Shown: positions 24,150 through 37,200 of the stretch, piece after piece
Layout of the letters: each line of letters opens with the position of its first letter
How positions within the stretch are numbered: the stretch's first letter is position 1
From: Marsupella aquatica
Lineage: Eukaryota; Plantae; Marchantiophyta
Length of the DNA: 64,000 nt
Assembly (NCBI GenBank): GCA_973895155.1
Contig: OZ316894.1
Span: 15,306,699 to 15,370,698, forward strand
Reading direction: 5' to 3'
The notes under the pieces: model-generated
What the model was told of the DNA's origin: nothing
Databases searched by the model: none
Seen by the model: only the letters and a program-made list of their open reading frames with translations
Made by a program: the position numbers and the translations under genes

Positions 24150-25938
24150 GGCTATGAAGCTTGTTCCCATCTGAACTAGGTTTCTCTTTGTGACGTCCGA
24201 CTTGGTGGAAGAAACGCGAAGTGCTACGGCTCAACGGTTTGATCACGGCGAGGCAGTCGTTATGAGCCTGGGATTGGCACTTGACGCGGAGTGAGTGTGA
24301 CACGATGGAAACTTAACCTCTATTGTGTGATGCTATACCTCAAGCCGCATATCATCAAGAAGTTGGATGATTATGACAATTGCGCATCACTATTCAAGGC
24401 CCTTAGAGAAAAGTACTATCGAGAAGATGCATCAGACCGGCTGTACAAGAAATCTCTCTTGATGAGCCTCAGACTCAAGGAAGGGAGCAAGCTGCAGGAT
24501 CATCTGGATGAGTTTGACAGCCTAGCGATGGATCTGTCAAACTTGGGTAAAGGAGTTGAAGATGAGGATAAGACCTTGCTTCTGCTAAGCTCCTTACCGT
24601 CATCTTATCAGGGCTTGAAATAGGTGCTTTTGTACAGAGATCTAAAGTCCATTTCGTATGATGAGGTGGTGAGTTCTCTACTGTCAGATGATGCACAGAA
24701 GAAGCTAGGTCAAGCACAGACAACATCTTCTTTTGGCACTACACTGAACGTGAAACATGGAAGACCAGCGCAGCGCACAAATTGGCATAACAGATTTAGA
24801 TCTACATCACAAGGGAGATCTAAATCCATAGGAAAATTGCAAGAGAGAAAACCTCTTGCATGTTGGAGATGTGGCACACATAAAAAGGGATTGTTAAGTA
24901 AAGGACCCTACCGCATCAACTAACGCGGCATCGAGCGCACATGAGGTAGATTTACTCGATGATGATGATATATTGTGATGCCAAGGTTTTGCTCTCAACG
25001 TAGTGTCAAATCTAGATAGTGATGACTGGATTCTAGATAGTGCATGTATTTTTCACATTTTCTCTAGGAGAGATTTTTTCAGTTCTTACACGATTTCCAA
25101 CGGTTCAATGTTGATGGGAAATGGAATCCCATGTCAAGTTGTTGGACTTGGATCTGTTAGATTTCAGATGTTTGATGGTGTTGTGAGAACGTTGAGGAAT
25201 GTGAGACATATTCCCAGCATGATGAAAAATCTCATTTCACTTGGAGTTTTAGAAGCAAATGGCCATCGGTGGAGTTCTACTAATGGTGTTCTTCAGGTTT
25301 TAACTGGTACTAAAGTTGTATTGAAGGGAAAGAGACATAAAAATCTATACGTTTTGGAGGGCAATATAATGTGTGATGAAGCCAATGTAACCTTATCTCA
25401 TGAGCAGACGGCCCAACTGTGGCACTTCCGTTTGGGCCACATGAGTGAAATAAGTTTGGTTATTCTTCAGAAAAAAGGATTACTTTCTAATTTGCAATCT
25501 TGTAAGTTTGAATTCTGTGAGCATTGTGTGCTTGGGAAGTAGCACAGGAAACCCTTCGGAGTTGGAACTCACATCAGCAAGGAGGTACTTGAGTATGTAC
25601 ATAGTGATGTGTGGGGTCCAGCCCCTACTCCTTCACATTCTGGACGGTTATACTATGTCACGTTCATAGACGATTACTCAAGGTATATGTGGATATACTT
25701 TCTACACAATAAGTCTGATGTTTTTGCCACTTTTAAGGAGTGGAAAGCCCAAGTTGAGAATCAGACTGGTAATAAGGTGAGATATCTTTGATCGGATAAC
25801 AACGGTGAATACGGTTTCGGGGAATTTGGAATGTAAGGAGCATGGGATTACCCGTCATCTCCCAACAAGTTATACTCCTCAGCAGAATGGTGTTTTTGAG
25901 AGGCTCAACCGAACACTATTGGAATGCTTGAGGAGTAT
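24150..25938 (+). pseudogene. Copia fragment of the same family as 13456-18041: partial 5' UTR, gag, protease and integrase N-half
   Basis: Near-identical gag peptide LREKYYREDASDRLYKKSLLMSLRL; DWILDSA; LWHFRLGHMSE..CEHC; HSDVWGP; TPQQNGVFERLNRTL. Truncated by the CACTA at 25939. Confidence 0.9.
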
Positions 25939-27656
25939 CACTACAACACTATCGGCCGGTTTTGCGAAGACAATCTCATCGCAACTAACAAGCCCCTGAT
26001 TTTCATAATTCTGGCTATTGCGAACATACGCGCATCGCACCCCCTTCGCACTTTGCGAACCTAATAACTTCGCACGCGGACCATCGCAACGGCATCGCAA
26101 CATCATGGCAAACTGAGAAGCTGAGAGGTTCGCAATATTCAATACTTCTGCGATCTATTATACGTCGCATAAGGTTCGCAAACATACACGCACACGTCCC
26201 GCGTGGGCATAAATATTTGAGACGGATTTACCATCGCATCATATTTGCGATTGATACTGGTTCAATTGTTTTGATGGGGATTGTATGACAAAGAGCGATA
26301 CCGGTGATTTCAGAAGTTTGTGAACGGTTGCGATTAGGAAAGTGCGATCCTAGAAGTATCACAAAAACCCGACATATTTGGATCTGAAGTTCTGAAGTAA
26401 TTGACTCAAAAAGTGCGACGCCTTGGGGTTAATATTGTGCGATGGGAATGAGTTCTTAAAGGGTTCGCAAAATTATGATCACACAGGATTCAATACATTA
26501 TTTGCGAGGGGTTTTCCTTGGAACCCAATGTGGAAGGCAAAATTGTTGTTTTATAAAATGGAAAAGCATGAACAAAATGATAGGGCTTCAAAGAACCCTA
26601 TACATGGACAAGAGGGGGGAAATATCTGATGCTAGGTCCGCCATTCTAAACCTATGCTGCCTCTTCCTACCCTAAGCTCCGGCATGACAAGTCACTCTCA
26701 TGCATGTATCTCTACAAAATAACTAGAATGGGCTCTTGCAGCTCCTCTTGGTTGGCTTCTTGGCTGGCTTCTTGCCCTTATCCTTCCGGGGATCCTGTTG
26801 GTGACGGGTGTGTGATGGCCGTCGGCGCTCCTGCTCCTGCTCCTGCTCCTGCTGCTCCTCTGGCTCCTCCTGCCCCTCCTGCTCCTCCTCCTCATCCTCA
26901 GGGTCCTCCTCCTCCCCCTGGTCATCAACGTGTGCTGATGACACACGACTACCACCACTACCACGGTGGGAAGAACCTACCTCACGACTACTCCCCCCCC
27001 GAGCACCACTAGTACTAGGAGTAGCCCCCTCATCGTCATCACTACTGGTCACATCAGCACCCGACCCCTCAGGCTCATCCGAATCCTGCATCCATTACAT
27101 ATCATTAGTTTCCGCAAGACATAAAGGGTCACTCACAATGTTCGCATGCTAATCATATGGTTCACACTTAGACACTTACAGTAGCCAACTCGGCATCTAC
27201 CATTGCAAAGAGGTACTTTCGTCCATGCTCTATCGCCACCTCAATATGCTTTTTTGATATCTTCCTTTTGTACCTCCGATACTGCCATGCATAAAACCAA
27301 TTAAAATTGGTTAAATTTGCCCTTAAGCATACCCTATAGCCACAAGTGACGCCTAAATCCTCAACTACTAAACATGACCCAAAAAAAATTTAAAATTCAA
27401 ATTTGCGAACCTATAAGCATAGCAACTTGCGAACCACCTTTTTTTGCGAAGGCGTTGCGATGGAGTTTGCGATGCGCATTTGTTCGCAAAGGCATCGGAA
27501 AATTGAAATGGAAAAAGTCTATGATAGACTTTGCGAGGGGTTTGCAAACAAATACGCATCGCAACACCTTCGCAAACTGTGTTCCCGAGAGTTTTTAAAA
27601 ATTTGCCAGAAATTCTAAGTGTCAGAGTTGCCCTAAACTAGTAACCAAGCAAGCAT
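25939..27656. mobile_element. Left end of an older CACTA (En/Spm) transposon; host of the 27657 CACTA and probably of the gypsy at 49780
   Basis: Begins cactacaacac exactly where the copia integrase breaks off. Dense tcgca/tgcga subterminal repeats at 25960-26350 and 27400-27580. Resumes at 49617-49779. Confidence 0.7.
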
Positions 27657-28060
27657 CACTAGTAGAAACCGGGGGGTATTTAGACCCCATTAAACGACTA
27701 TTCAGTACCGGATAGGACTTGGAAACGACTGGGAAGGACTCCAGTCCTTTATAGGACTGCGAGTCGTATGTTTTGTTACTATAATCAACTGAGTCCTTTA
27801 TAGAACTGGTTTATAAGTCGTTTAATAGACTGGATTTTCAGTCTATTTTAGTCTTTGTGTGGGTAGCTTTGGTGAGTCGTTTTCAGTCTTTTATGGGCTG
27901 AGATGGTGAGTCGTTGGGAACGACTAAAAAGGTTATGGAGGGTAGTCTTTAAATATACTTTGTGGGGTATGTATAAGTCTTTCATGTCAACTGGATATGA
28001 GTGATGAAGACCCCACTATACTACTTGGAATGAACCCACTCTTGTGCACAAATAACATAT

Positions 28061-31000
28061 TGTTGTAGCTCATCAACAACTAACTCCTTTATTCATTCCT
28101 CTTCCAATACATATAGTCCCTTAGGCAGGTAGGGTAGTTAGGCGGTTAGTCTTAACCAACTGTGGTAGGTCTAACCTTAGTTAGGCTAGAGTTAACTCGG
28201 GTTACAACACTCCCCCTTGGGTGTAACATGGTCTTGGGAAGGAATGTTGCACCCACATTTAGTTTACTCTAGGTGGTGGGAATGTAACCTCATTAAAACC
28301 CCCCCTCCTTTCTTGTGGGGGGAAAGAGTGTTACCATTCCTTCTTAAAAATGTAATTCGTAAGTGTAATTGTGTTGTGTTAGTGGTAAATTACTTGTAAA
28401 GTCTAGTGTAGGTAATAGGAATGAAGTGTAAACGCCCTAATGTATTTGCGGATTGTGTGGTCGATTGTTTCGTTTGTGAGTAGGGAGCTCTTCGGTTCGA
28501 GTGGGGGAAGATTCGCTTTCGATTGCTTCACGTTGTAAGTGGATTCGGAGATGGAGGTCGGGCGAATCTCCCCCTGAAGGTTGCCAGTTGAGCTTCTCAC
28601 TGTCGATGGTCGAATCGATGTTGGTTCTTGTTTCTCCCAGGTTCGTTGTTGCGGCTCCTCCATGTTTCTAAGTGCTTCACCGAGTGATTCTTTGTGACCT
28701 GGCGTACCTGTGATGTCGTGTCTGCATTCCGATCATTGTGTCTCGAGTTTATTGATTCGATCCGGTCTGCAGTTGAGATAGGCTTCGCATCCCTATCGAG
28801 TGTGTATGCTGGTTGTGTAGATTCGGTGGGAGTGCTTTCGTAAACATGTCTGCAGAGTTGGATTCGCTAGAGATCCACTGAACTGCGATGCTTTTGTTCT
28901 GCTGCTCGTGAGTAAAGAAAAACTTAGGTGCAATGTGTTTCGTTCTGTCTCCCTTGATGAACCCTGCTTGGATTTGATCGACACACGGTCTATTGTCTTC
29001 ATAGAGTTGTGTGGGTGTGGTCAATCTCGGTATGCCTGTGTTTTCGTGTATGTGGTTGATCACATTGCGTAGCCATATGCATTCCCGGCTCGCCTCGTAT
29101 AATGCGATTATTTCGGAGTGGTTTGACGAGGTTGTGGTCAATGTTTGCTTGTTGCTCCTCCATGAGATGGCCGTATTGCCCATCAGGAACACATACCCTG
29201 TCTGTGATTTCGCATCTGCGGGGTCCGACAGGTATCCTGCATCCGCGTACCCGGTAAGTAAGTAAGTATCATGCTTGGGGTAGAATAAGCCGAGGTCTGT
29301 CGTGCCTCTTAAGTATCTGAAGATTCTTTTAATGCCGTTCCAGTGTCTTATGGTTGGCGTTGCGCTATGGCGTGCCAGTAGGTTCACTGAGAATGCCAGA
29401 TCGGGTCTTGTCTGGTTAGCGAGGAACATCAGGACCCCTATTGCAGATAGGTATGGTTTGTCTGAGCCAAGTAGTGGCTCGTTCTCGTTCCTCTTCCGGA
29501 AAATGTCCTTGTCCATATCCAATGAGCGAATGTCCATTGGGGATTTGACTGGTTTGGACTGATGCATATTGAATTGCTTCAGTATTTTTCTTGTATAAGT
29601 AGATTGGTGCAGTAGGATTCCATTTGGCAGATGTTCGAATTGTAGGCCGAGGCAGAAAGTAGTCTGTCCCAAGTCTCGCACCTCAAATGCCTTTTTCAGT
29701 AATTGGATAGTTTCCAGCATGATTCGGCTGGTCCCGAATAAGTTCAGGTCATCCACATATATTGCAATGATTATAACTTCACGTCCTTCCTGCTTGAGGA
29801 ATATGCAAGGTGTGATATCTGAATTTTTAAATCCCATGGTTAACATTTCAGATTTAAATCTCTTATACCAAGTTAGGCCGCTCTGTTTCAGGCCATACAT
29901 GGAGCGAAGGACTTGCACTGCAAAACGAGTTTGCTTGGTGAGCATTTGCTTTGAAGAAGCTTTTAGTGCAATTGATTTGGCTATTGTATGTAGTACTGCC
30001 TCATTGGTGTGATCGAATTTGCTTTTCTCAGTGTGATCTAGTCTCATGGGTGTCTGCTCCCCCTGGCAGTGGTGTTCCACACGTTGTATCAACTCGGGTG
30101 GTGCTTCCATGTGTATAACTGTGTCCAGGTGCCCATATAAGTATGCCGTCACTATGTCCAGTTGGTGCATGGATAAGTTGTGGTACTGTGAAAAGGTGAT
30201 TAGGTAGCGGTAAGTGATGGCGTCCATCACTGGGGAGTACGTGAGGTCGTAGTCACGGCCCGGGATTTGGGTAAAGCCCTTTGCTACTAGTCGGGCCTTA
30301 TGTCTGACTACTTCCCCCTGTGCATTCCGTTTCTTCACAAAGGTCCATCTGCAGCCTGTGAGGTGAATGCCTGGTGCTGCTGGAGTGATGGGGCCGAAGA
30401 CATGGCGAGATATAAGGGAGTCTAGTTCTAGGTTAATTGCTTTTTCCCACTCGGGCCAGTCTGAGTGGGTTTGTGCTTCCCGGATTGTCTTTGGATCATG
30501 TGAGTCTTCGTCTATTTGTTGGGATATATGGAATGCGAATTTATCATCTATTGTTGTGTGTGTTCTGTCCCATATGTGCCCTGTGCTTCCATAATTGATA
30601 GCGATCTCGTCGTTATCTTCTGGTGTGGTGGTCTGAGGGGTTGGCAGTTCTGAATGTGGTGATGGAGCTCTTGGAGGTGCTGCTTTCCTTTGTCTGGGTT
30701 GTTTGTCTGTAGCTCCTAGGGGGCGTCCCCGCTTTGCTCGTGGTGAGGTTACAGTTGCCGGTTGGATGTCCATCTGTATGCGCGAAGGTGTGTTTGCTGC
30801 CGGTATGTGTGATCGGGTTATTTTTGCGGCATCTGCAAAAGAGTCTGGTAGGTGTTCTATCAGGTTTGTGAGGTGGAGTATTCTTTTAACTTCCGTGTCA
30901 GATTGGCTAGTTCGGGGATCCTGCCAAAATGCAGATTGGATTTGCCAGGTGAGAGATTTGTCGCTATCTGTTTCCTGTCTTGTTTGTAGTTTTGGAAATG

Positions 31001-33826
31001 TAGTTTCATAGAAGTGGCAGTCGCTGAATCGGGCCTTAAAAACGTCGGCTGTGGTGGGTTCCAGGTATCGAATGATGGATGTGGAATCACATCCAATGTA
31101 TATTCCTGCTTGCCGCTGAGGGCCCATTTTGGTTCGTTTGGGGCCCAGTATTGGTACCATTACTTGGCAGCCAAAGGTTCGAAGGTGAGTTATGTTGGGG
31201 ATGGTGCCGAGTGCTAGAGTGTGTGGTGAGCTTGAGTTGTATGCTGACGGTCTGTAACTGAGTAGTGTGGCAGAGTGTAGGATGGCATGTCCCCATGCGG
31301 TTGTGGGGAGGTTGCTCTGCATCAGTATTGGTCTGGCAATTATTTGGAGGCGTTTTATCAACGATTCCGCTGTCCCGTTTTGGAAGTGGACGTGGGGGAC
31401 GGGGTACTGTACGTCTATGCCTGTAGCAGTGCAAAAGTCTTCAAAGGTTTTGGAGGTAAATTCCCCTGCATTGTCCACTCTGATTGTCTGGATCTGGTTA
31501 TCCGGGAATTGTGCTCTTAGTTTCAAGATGTGAGCCAGTAAGCGAGGGAAAACTAGATTTCTTGTGGATAGGAGTGAGATTTGGGACCATTTAGTTGAGG
31601 CATCTATTACTGCTAGGTAAAAGCGGAATGGGCCACTAGGGGGGTCGATCGGTCCACATACATCTGCGTGGATCCGTTCCAGAAAGTTGGGGATTCTGGT
31701 TCCAGGTGGGGTTGGTGAGGGCCTTATTATCAGTTTACCTTGTGAACAGGCAAGGCATGGTCCGAGCATAGATGTGGGGTGTACTGTAGGCGGTATGCCC
31801 TTGGTCTGTTTAACGATTCTCTGGAACATGTTAAGGCCCGGGTGGCCAAGTCTCCTGTGCCAGATCTCTGTGATGGGGTTTTGTGGCTTTTGATTCTCTG
31901 GCTCGGTATGGAAGCTGTGTATGTTGGTAGTATAAAAGCCGGGGTGATGGGCTTTTAGTGTTTCCAGGATCCCATTGTTCTGTGGAGTCTTGGATGTGAT
32001 ATGTAGGACTTCGAGTTTGTTGGAAGTCCCAGTTTGGATATGCAGATCATTGGCTCTTATGTCTCCAAAACTTAGGAGGTTCCTGGTGGCTTTGGGTGCG
32101 TATATGGCAGAGTGTATCTTTATCACTGTGCCTTGTGGTAATGTGACGGTTGCAGGTCCGTAGCCCTCCTCTAACTGATGTTGGCCCATTATGGTGGTGA
32201 CCTTTCGCTGTGATGGGGTTATGTGGGTAAAGTATTCCTTATTTTTCAGAATTGAATGTGAGGTCCCACTATCGACTATACATGAGTGAGGATTGTTTGG
32301 GTTCTTTGTGTGGTTCCTTATAATCATGTTGATCTCGGGAAGGATCTCAGCGGAGTCCATGAAAGTGCCATATGTTTCAGGTGCGTTTGTGTTCATGCTT
32401 TTCTTATAAAGGGCTACTAGATGTGAAGGTGCTCTGCAGTGTTTCTGAATGTGCCCTTTAGTTCCACAGCGAAAACAGAGAGGGGGGTTGGTGGTCATAT
32501 CTCGTTGGTTGTGCTGGTCCTCGTTGAACTTCGTGCGATTCTGATTATTGTTCTCTCTCGTCCAGGTGTTCCACGAGCTCCTGCCGTTGTATCTCGATCT
32601 GCCTTGGCCGCGTCCTCGGTGGAAATTCCCTCTGCCGCCTCGTTGAAAGTTATTGCTTCGACCCCTATTCGGGCTGCGTCCCCTGGTGCCTGCGCGGCCT
32701 CGATAGTTTCTTGATTCTCCCCTCTGTGGTGTGGCGTAGTTGGTCTCGGGAGCTGATGTGGACGGGAGGGTCCCCGGTGGGCGTTTCTGCGAATTTTGTA
32801 GTAGTAGGAGCTGGTGCTTTTCAGCCAGCAGCATATGCGCAATTAGTTCGGAGTATTTGGTAAAGGCCATATTCCTGTATTGTGTAGAGAGGATAAGGTT
32901 TGAAGAATGAAGAGTTGACAGTGTTTTTTCGATCTGCTCTGCATCGTTTATTGGTTGGCCGCAGATGGCCAGTTGTGCGATGATCCTGAATAGCTCACTG
33001 TTATAATCTGCGACCGTCTTGTAGTCTTGGACGCGCAGATTGATCCAGTCGTGGCGAGCTGCGGGTAGGTAGATAGTTCGAATGTGATCGAAACGGGATT
33101 GTAGGTCATCCCATAGTAGCCGGGGATTGAATTCGTTCATGTATTGTTTCTTCAATGGCTCGCATAGATGGTGCCGAATTAGTATTAAGGCCTTCGCCTT
33201 TTGTGGGAGAGTAGTTCCCGCATCTGTAATGATCGTGTCTTGGAGTTCTTTTGCTGCGAGGTGGGCCTCAATATCTAGAGTCCAGGATAGGTAATTTGCG
33301 CCGTCTATACTCAGAGGTTGAAATAGGAGTTTCTCGATGGAGTTAGTGGGTACAGCCATCTTCTATCAATTGGTCAATTGATCCTGTGATAATAACAATA
33401 TATCCGTTCGCACTTGACTGAGTGATGATGTGGGGCTATGTCCCTTCTTGAGTCGTTGTCTCTCAAGTTGAATTCCTGGGTCTGCCTCCGCTTCTTCTAT
33501 TGTCAGCCCCCTCAAATCCCAATCCGTGGAATCGTGGTCAAATTATACCACTCCCGATCGATCTGCTGCCCGAAAAATTAGTTTCTATGGTGCTGAATCA
33601 ATCGCCTTGGCATGAATGTCCCTCTGAAGCTTGTTTGAAAAAAAAAAATTCTCGTTGCAGACATCGTGCTGATAACGTGTTGTAGCTCATCAACAACTAA
33701 CTCCTTTATTCATTCCTCTTCCAATACATATAGTCCCTTAGGCAGGTAGGGTAGTTAGGCGGTTAGTCTTAACCAACTGTGGTAGGTCTAACCTTAGTTA
33801 GGCTAGAGTTAACTCGGGTTACAACA
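28061..33826 (-). mobile_element. Intact young Ty1/copia element, Bianca-like lineage
   Basis: 149-bp LTRs at 28061-28209 and 33678-33826 that read identical; TSD CATAT; PBS cgttatcagcacga (internal/half tRNA-iMet type); PPT caagggggag at 28210-28219. Confidence 0.97.
28749..33359 (-). CDS. gag-pol: Copia gag-pol polyprotein, 1536 aa, uninterrupted
   Basis: CFRCGTKGHIQKHC knuckle, CIVDSGT protease, WHRRLGH/CLAC and HADVCGP integrase, YVDDL RT, KHIAPKFFFTHE RNase H (Bianca-like). Confidence 0.97.
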   Translation of the reverse strand: MAVPTNSIEKLLFQPLSIDGANYLSWTLDIEAHLAAKELQDTIITDAGTTLPQKAKALILIRHHLCEPLKKQYMNEFNPRLLWDDLQSRFDHIRTIYLPAARHDWINLRVQDYKTVADYNSELFRIIAQLAICGQPINDAEQIEKTLSTLHSSNLILSTQYRNMAFTKYSELIAHMLLAEKHQLLLLQNSQKRPPGTLPSTSAPETNYATPQRGESRNYRGRAGTRGRSPNRGRSNNFQRGGRGNFHRGRGQGRSRYNGRSSWNTWTRENNNQNRTKFNEDQHNQRDMTTNPPLCFRCGTKGHIQKHCRAPSHLVALYKKSMNTNAPETYGTFMDSAEILPEINMIIRNHTKNPNNPHSCIVDSGTSHSILKNKEYFTHITPSQRKVTTIMGQHQLEEGYGPATVTLPQGTVIKIHSAIYAPKATRNLLSFGDIRANDLHIQTGTSNKLEVLHITSKTPQNNGILETLKAHHPGFYTTNIHSFHTEPENQKPQNPITEIWHRRLGHPGLNMFQRIVKQTKGIPPTVHPTSMLGPCLACSQGKLIIRPSPTPPGTRIPNFLERIHADVCGPIDPPSGPFRFYLAVIDASTKWSQISLLSTRNLVFPRLLAHILKLRAQFPDNQIQTIRVDNAGEFTSKTFEDFCTATGIDVQYPVPHVHFQNGTAESLIKRLQIIARPILMQSNLPTTAWGHAILHSATLLSYRPSAYNSSSPHTLALGTIPNITHLRTFGCQVMVPILGPKRTKMGPQRQAGIYIGCDSTSIIRYLEPTTADVFKARFSDCHFYETTFPKLQTRQETDSDKSLTWQIQSAFWQDPRTSQSDTEVKRILHLTNLIEHLPDSFADAAKITRSHIPAANTPSRIQMDIQPATVTSPRAKRGRPLGATDKQPRQRKAAPPRAPSPHSELPTPQTTTPEDNDEIAINYGSTGHIWDRTHTTIDDKFAFHISQQIDEDSHDPKTIREAQTHSDWPEWEKAINLELDSLISRHVFGPITPAAPGIHLTGCRWTFVKKRNAQGEVVRHKARLVAKGFTQIPGRDYDLTYSPVMDAITYRYLITFSQYHNLSMHQLDIVTAYLYGHLDTVIHMEAPPELIQRVEHHCQGEQTPMRLDHTEKSKFDHTNEAVLHTIAKSIALKASSKQMLTKQTRFAVQVLRSMYGLKQSGLTWYKRFKSEMLTMGFKNSDITPCIFLKQEGREVIIIAIYVDDLNLFGTSRIMLETIQLLKKAFEVRDLGQTTFCLGLQFEHLPNGILLHQSTYTRKILKQFNMHQSKPVKSPMDIRSLDMDKDIFRKRNENEPLLGSDKPYLSAIGVLMFLANQTRPDLAFSVNLLARHSATPTIRHWNGIKRIFRYLRGTTDLGLFYPKHDTYLLTGYADAGYLSDPADAKSQTGYVFLMGNTAISWRSNKQTLTTTSSNHSEIIALYEASRECIWLRNVINHIHENTGIPRLTTPTQLYEDNRPCVDQIQAGFIKGDRTKHIAPKFFFTHEQQNKSIAVQWISSESNSADMFTKALPPNLHNQHTHSIGMRSLSQLQTGSNQ

Positions 33827-34255
33827 CATATTGCATTCATGTTTTATTGTGTACTTGGAATGAACTCACTCTATAAGTTCACCATTCATCATGTTAACAT
33901 TAGAATACATAGTTTCAGAAAGCCATCTTCTATACCATGTACACTAATATGAATTCACAGATTCAAACTTCATAGACTACAAAGAAGGTCACAAAGTATT
34001 CCTCTATACCATACACACTAATACTGAAATGATACAAAACAGATTCAAGTATCATAGACAATCACCATAGAGCCATAGTTTGACATCAATCACTTGTTTC
34101 ATACATACAGAATTCAGAAATATCAATGTCACACACAACGGCTCCTTCATCCTCTTTACCAAATGGAAAAATTGGTACAGATATTTCTTGGATCTTTCCA
34201 AGGCAATGTCAAAATGTGACACAATTCACATGATTCTATCTACACTTGCATTCAG

Positions 34256-37200
34256 TCACTGCAGACTAACACACTCTGATGGCCAGAGCACAAGAGATCC
34301 TACTGCATCTGCAATTATTTCCTGAGGTGGATCATCGTCTCTATTCGGAAATGGCAAATTACAATCAGATACAATCATTGTAGTCAACAACACTACTACA
34401 TGGTCATCCGGGACCACTTTGCCATGGAATTTTGCATGATCCGGTCGCAAAATGCCTGTACCCACACATACCTGTGAGTCATCCTCCCATGATAGAAGAT
34501 TATGGACTGGCTCTGCTGTGGCTATCACCTCCACCTTACCCTGGCTGTTTTTCTTGGCTTTCCTGGGTGGCTTATACATGACATTATTCATACCTTGGTT
34601 GCGAGTCATGACTTTGGCACGAGTGTTTTGTGCTGGTGATCGAGAATTGGCTACACTCTTCTTCAAAGAATCTGCATCCATATTTGACACTTCTGATTGT
34701 GTAGCAGGATTTCCCTGCGACATCATCTCAGTATCTGCCAACATTGTACTTGCTTCAATTGAAGCATCTACAATCTTACTTGCATCCAATGTTGCTCCCA
34801 AGTTTCGACGTCGCTTCACCCTGCTCCCACTTGGTTGAGAGTCTGTCAACTCTGCATCAACTACAATTCAGTGTCATGTCCAACATAAGTCAATCACTCA
34901 TCACATGTGCTAAATGTACATGTCACCAACCACAAAGTTGTCACTATCTCCTTACCATTATGAACAGCCTTCTTCCCCTTCTTTGCCATTGCCATATGCT
35001 CCATGTCTGCTTCTGTTGATCAATAAACACACCACAATATTCACGTTGAATCTATTAACCACTGAATTGTTGCTCAACATTCATATAGAGGAATTTAAAG
35101 CATCAGCTTACCTGATACCTCCTTGGCTATGGTCACTGAGGCACTGGGCACATCTTCTTCATTATTGCTCTTTGAATCACCTGATACATCAATCATGATG
35201 TCACTTCAGATCCCAGTTCATCCAACCAGTTCTTACAGAAAAGATTACCTCCAACCGGCTTAAGCTTCACAAAACTCCATGCACTTTTCAAATGTAATGT
35301 ACTGGATCATAGCAGGTTACTTGTCTCAGCAACCTTCTTGCCCTTTTGCTTACTGATTACAGGGTCCTTCTCTGCCTCCACTCTTCCTGCATTCAAACCA
35401 TTCACTCAATTCATGAAAACTTACTTCTAACATTTGAACATAGGACACAATGAACAATGGGCCGGTGTCATTTCCATACCTGTGTCAGATTTGCCAATTC
35501 CCTTTTTTGTTAACAAGGGCACACTTTGTACAATGTTGCCCTCATTGTTTGGTTGGGAACCACCCAATTTTTCAATCACAAGCTTGAAATTAGATTCCAC
35601 TGATGCAAGAAGGTTCGCTACAGATGCCTCCACAATATCCAAACGATCAGCCAATTTACTTTCCACTCGAGGGAGTCCACACTCTAATGACTTCAACCGT
35701 TCACACATCTCTGTGAGAGTTGTAACAGTTCCCTGTCATAACACAGCTTACATATCTCAGATAACTGTCCCCAAGAACTGGTTGCTTACTTCCTACTACA
35801 TTTCTTTCTGATGCTCAAGGCCAAATAGTCACAGAACACACAGAATTACAACATAATCACCTGTTTGGAAGTTACACTTGTCACCTCACTCCTTCGTTTC
35901 ATGAACTCCTCTCTCACTTCTTGTGCTGATGGTTCTTCACCTGTCAATTTCTTCTGCAGTCCACATCAACATACATATGAATGAAACCAAGTGTTGATTG
36001 TCAATGAAAATGTAATAATGGTAGCAAGATGATAAGTTTGAGGCTTACTATCAGGCATGTCACTGCCTTACCAATTGTTCTTTCACTGGAGCATAACTTC
36101 CTCTCCCAGCCTGTGAAAGGTGTTTCACTTTGCCTCGAGCATTTGACATCAGTTCACTCTTGCTCTGTCCAGCCTCCGACATGAACCCTTTGATTAACCG
36201 TGTCCATTGATCCAGTTCCAATGATGGGGGTGGTGGCATTCTCCTGTTAGAACCATTGTCTATCCACATCCTTTTCAACCTATGCCTCTCTTGTTTCAAA
36301 ATCCTCATTGCATAATCTGATATGCAATCTTCAACTGGGCCCTTACCATCATTACCAACATACTCCCACCGTTCAAGAATGTCCTTGCAGATAGCAGCCC
36401 AATCAGCTTTGTTATGACTCCTAAACTCTGTAATGCTCAAATCTAACCAACGCAATACTTCTCCTCTTAGGTCAGAATGCCAACGGTTCTTACCATCACA
36501 TGTGGGAGTTATCCAACCTTCGGAATTCACTTCTACTTTACCAAATTTGTTACTGTCTCCTGCCTTGGTACTCCCTGAAGCGCTACTAGGTGTCCCTCCA
36601 CAGCCTGGTGTCCCCCCACGGCCTGGGGTCCCTCCACGGCCTGATCTCCCCCCACAGCCTGGATTGCATTGTCCAAACCTCCCTGGAGTCCCTGCACATT
36701 TACAGGATCCATTTACAGTCACTTACATTAGGTAAGTATGAATCATAAATCCCGCTGCCAAATATACAGTGGACTTCAGAGCAATTCTGCAATGACCAAG
36801 TTACCTCTCCCTTGGCGCATAGATGGTTCTGGACCACCTGTCCTATTGCTTTGTCTTGATGAATTAGGGGCGTTTCTCCCGCCTGTGAATGATTGCCTCC
36901 TATCTGAACGTGGATGGCCTTTGTTGTTTTCGTGATTGTCCCAATCAGAGTCTGCATACCAACAGGTACATGCCACACTCATGGACCTGTAAGATAAACT
37001 CTTTGCCCTAGCTACACATCAGATAAGTGCATATTGAGCTAAATCTCTACTACCATCACAAAATCACTAGCACAAGGCACTTACTTGTCCAATCATCCTC
37101 CTCACCTTTCCATTGCCCTCTGTACCCGTCTCTACCACGCTCTGGGTGTTCATATTCATCCCATCCATCTTCTGCTCCATCATAGTCATCATCATAATCA

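Noticed and set aside
26698-27152. Overlapping Pro-rich, Glu-rich, Ser/Cys-rich and Arg-rich ORFs
   Set aside because: A low-complexity (ctgctc/cct)n tract is open in several frames. The acidic minus frame may be a CACTA-1 exon but cannot be assigned.
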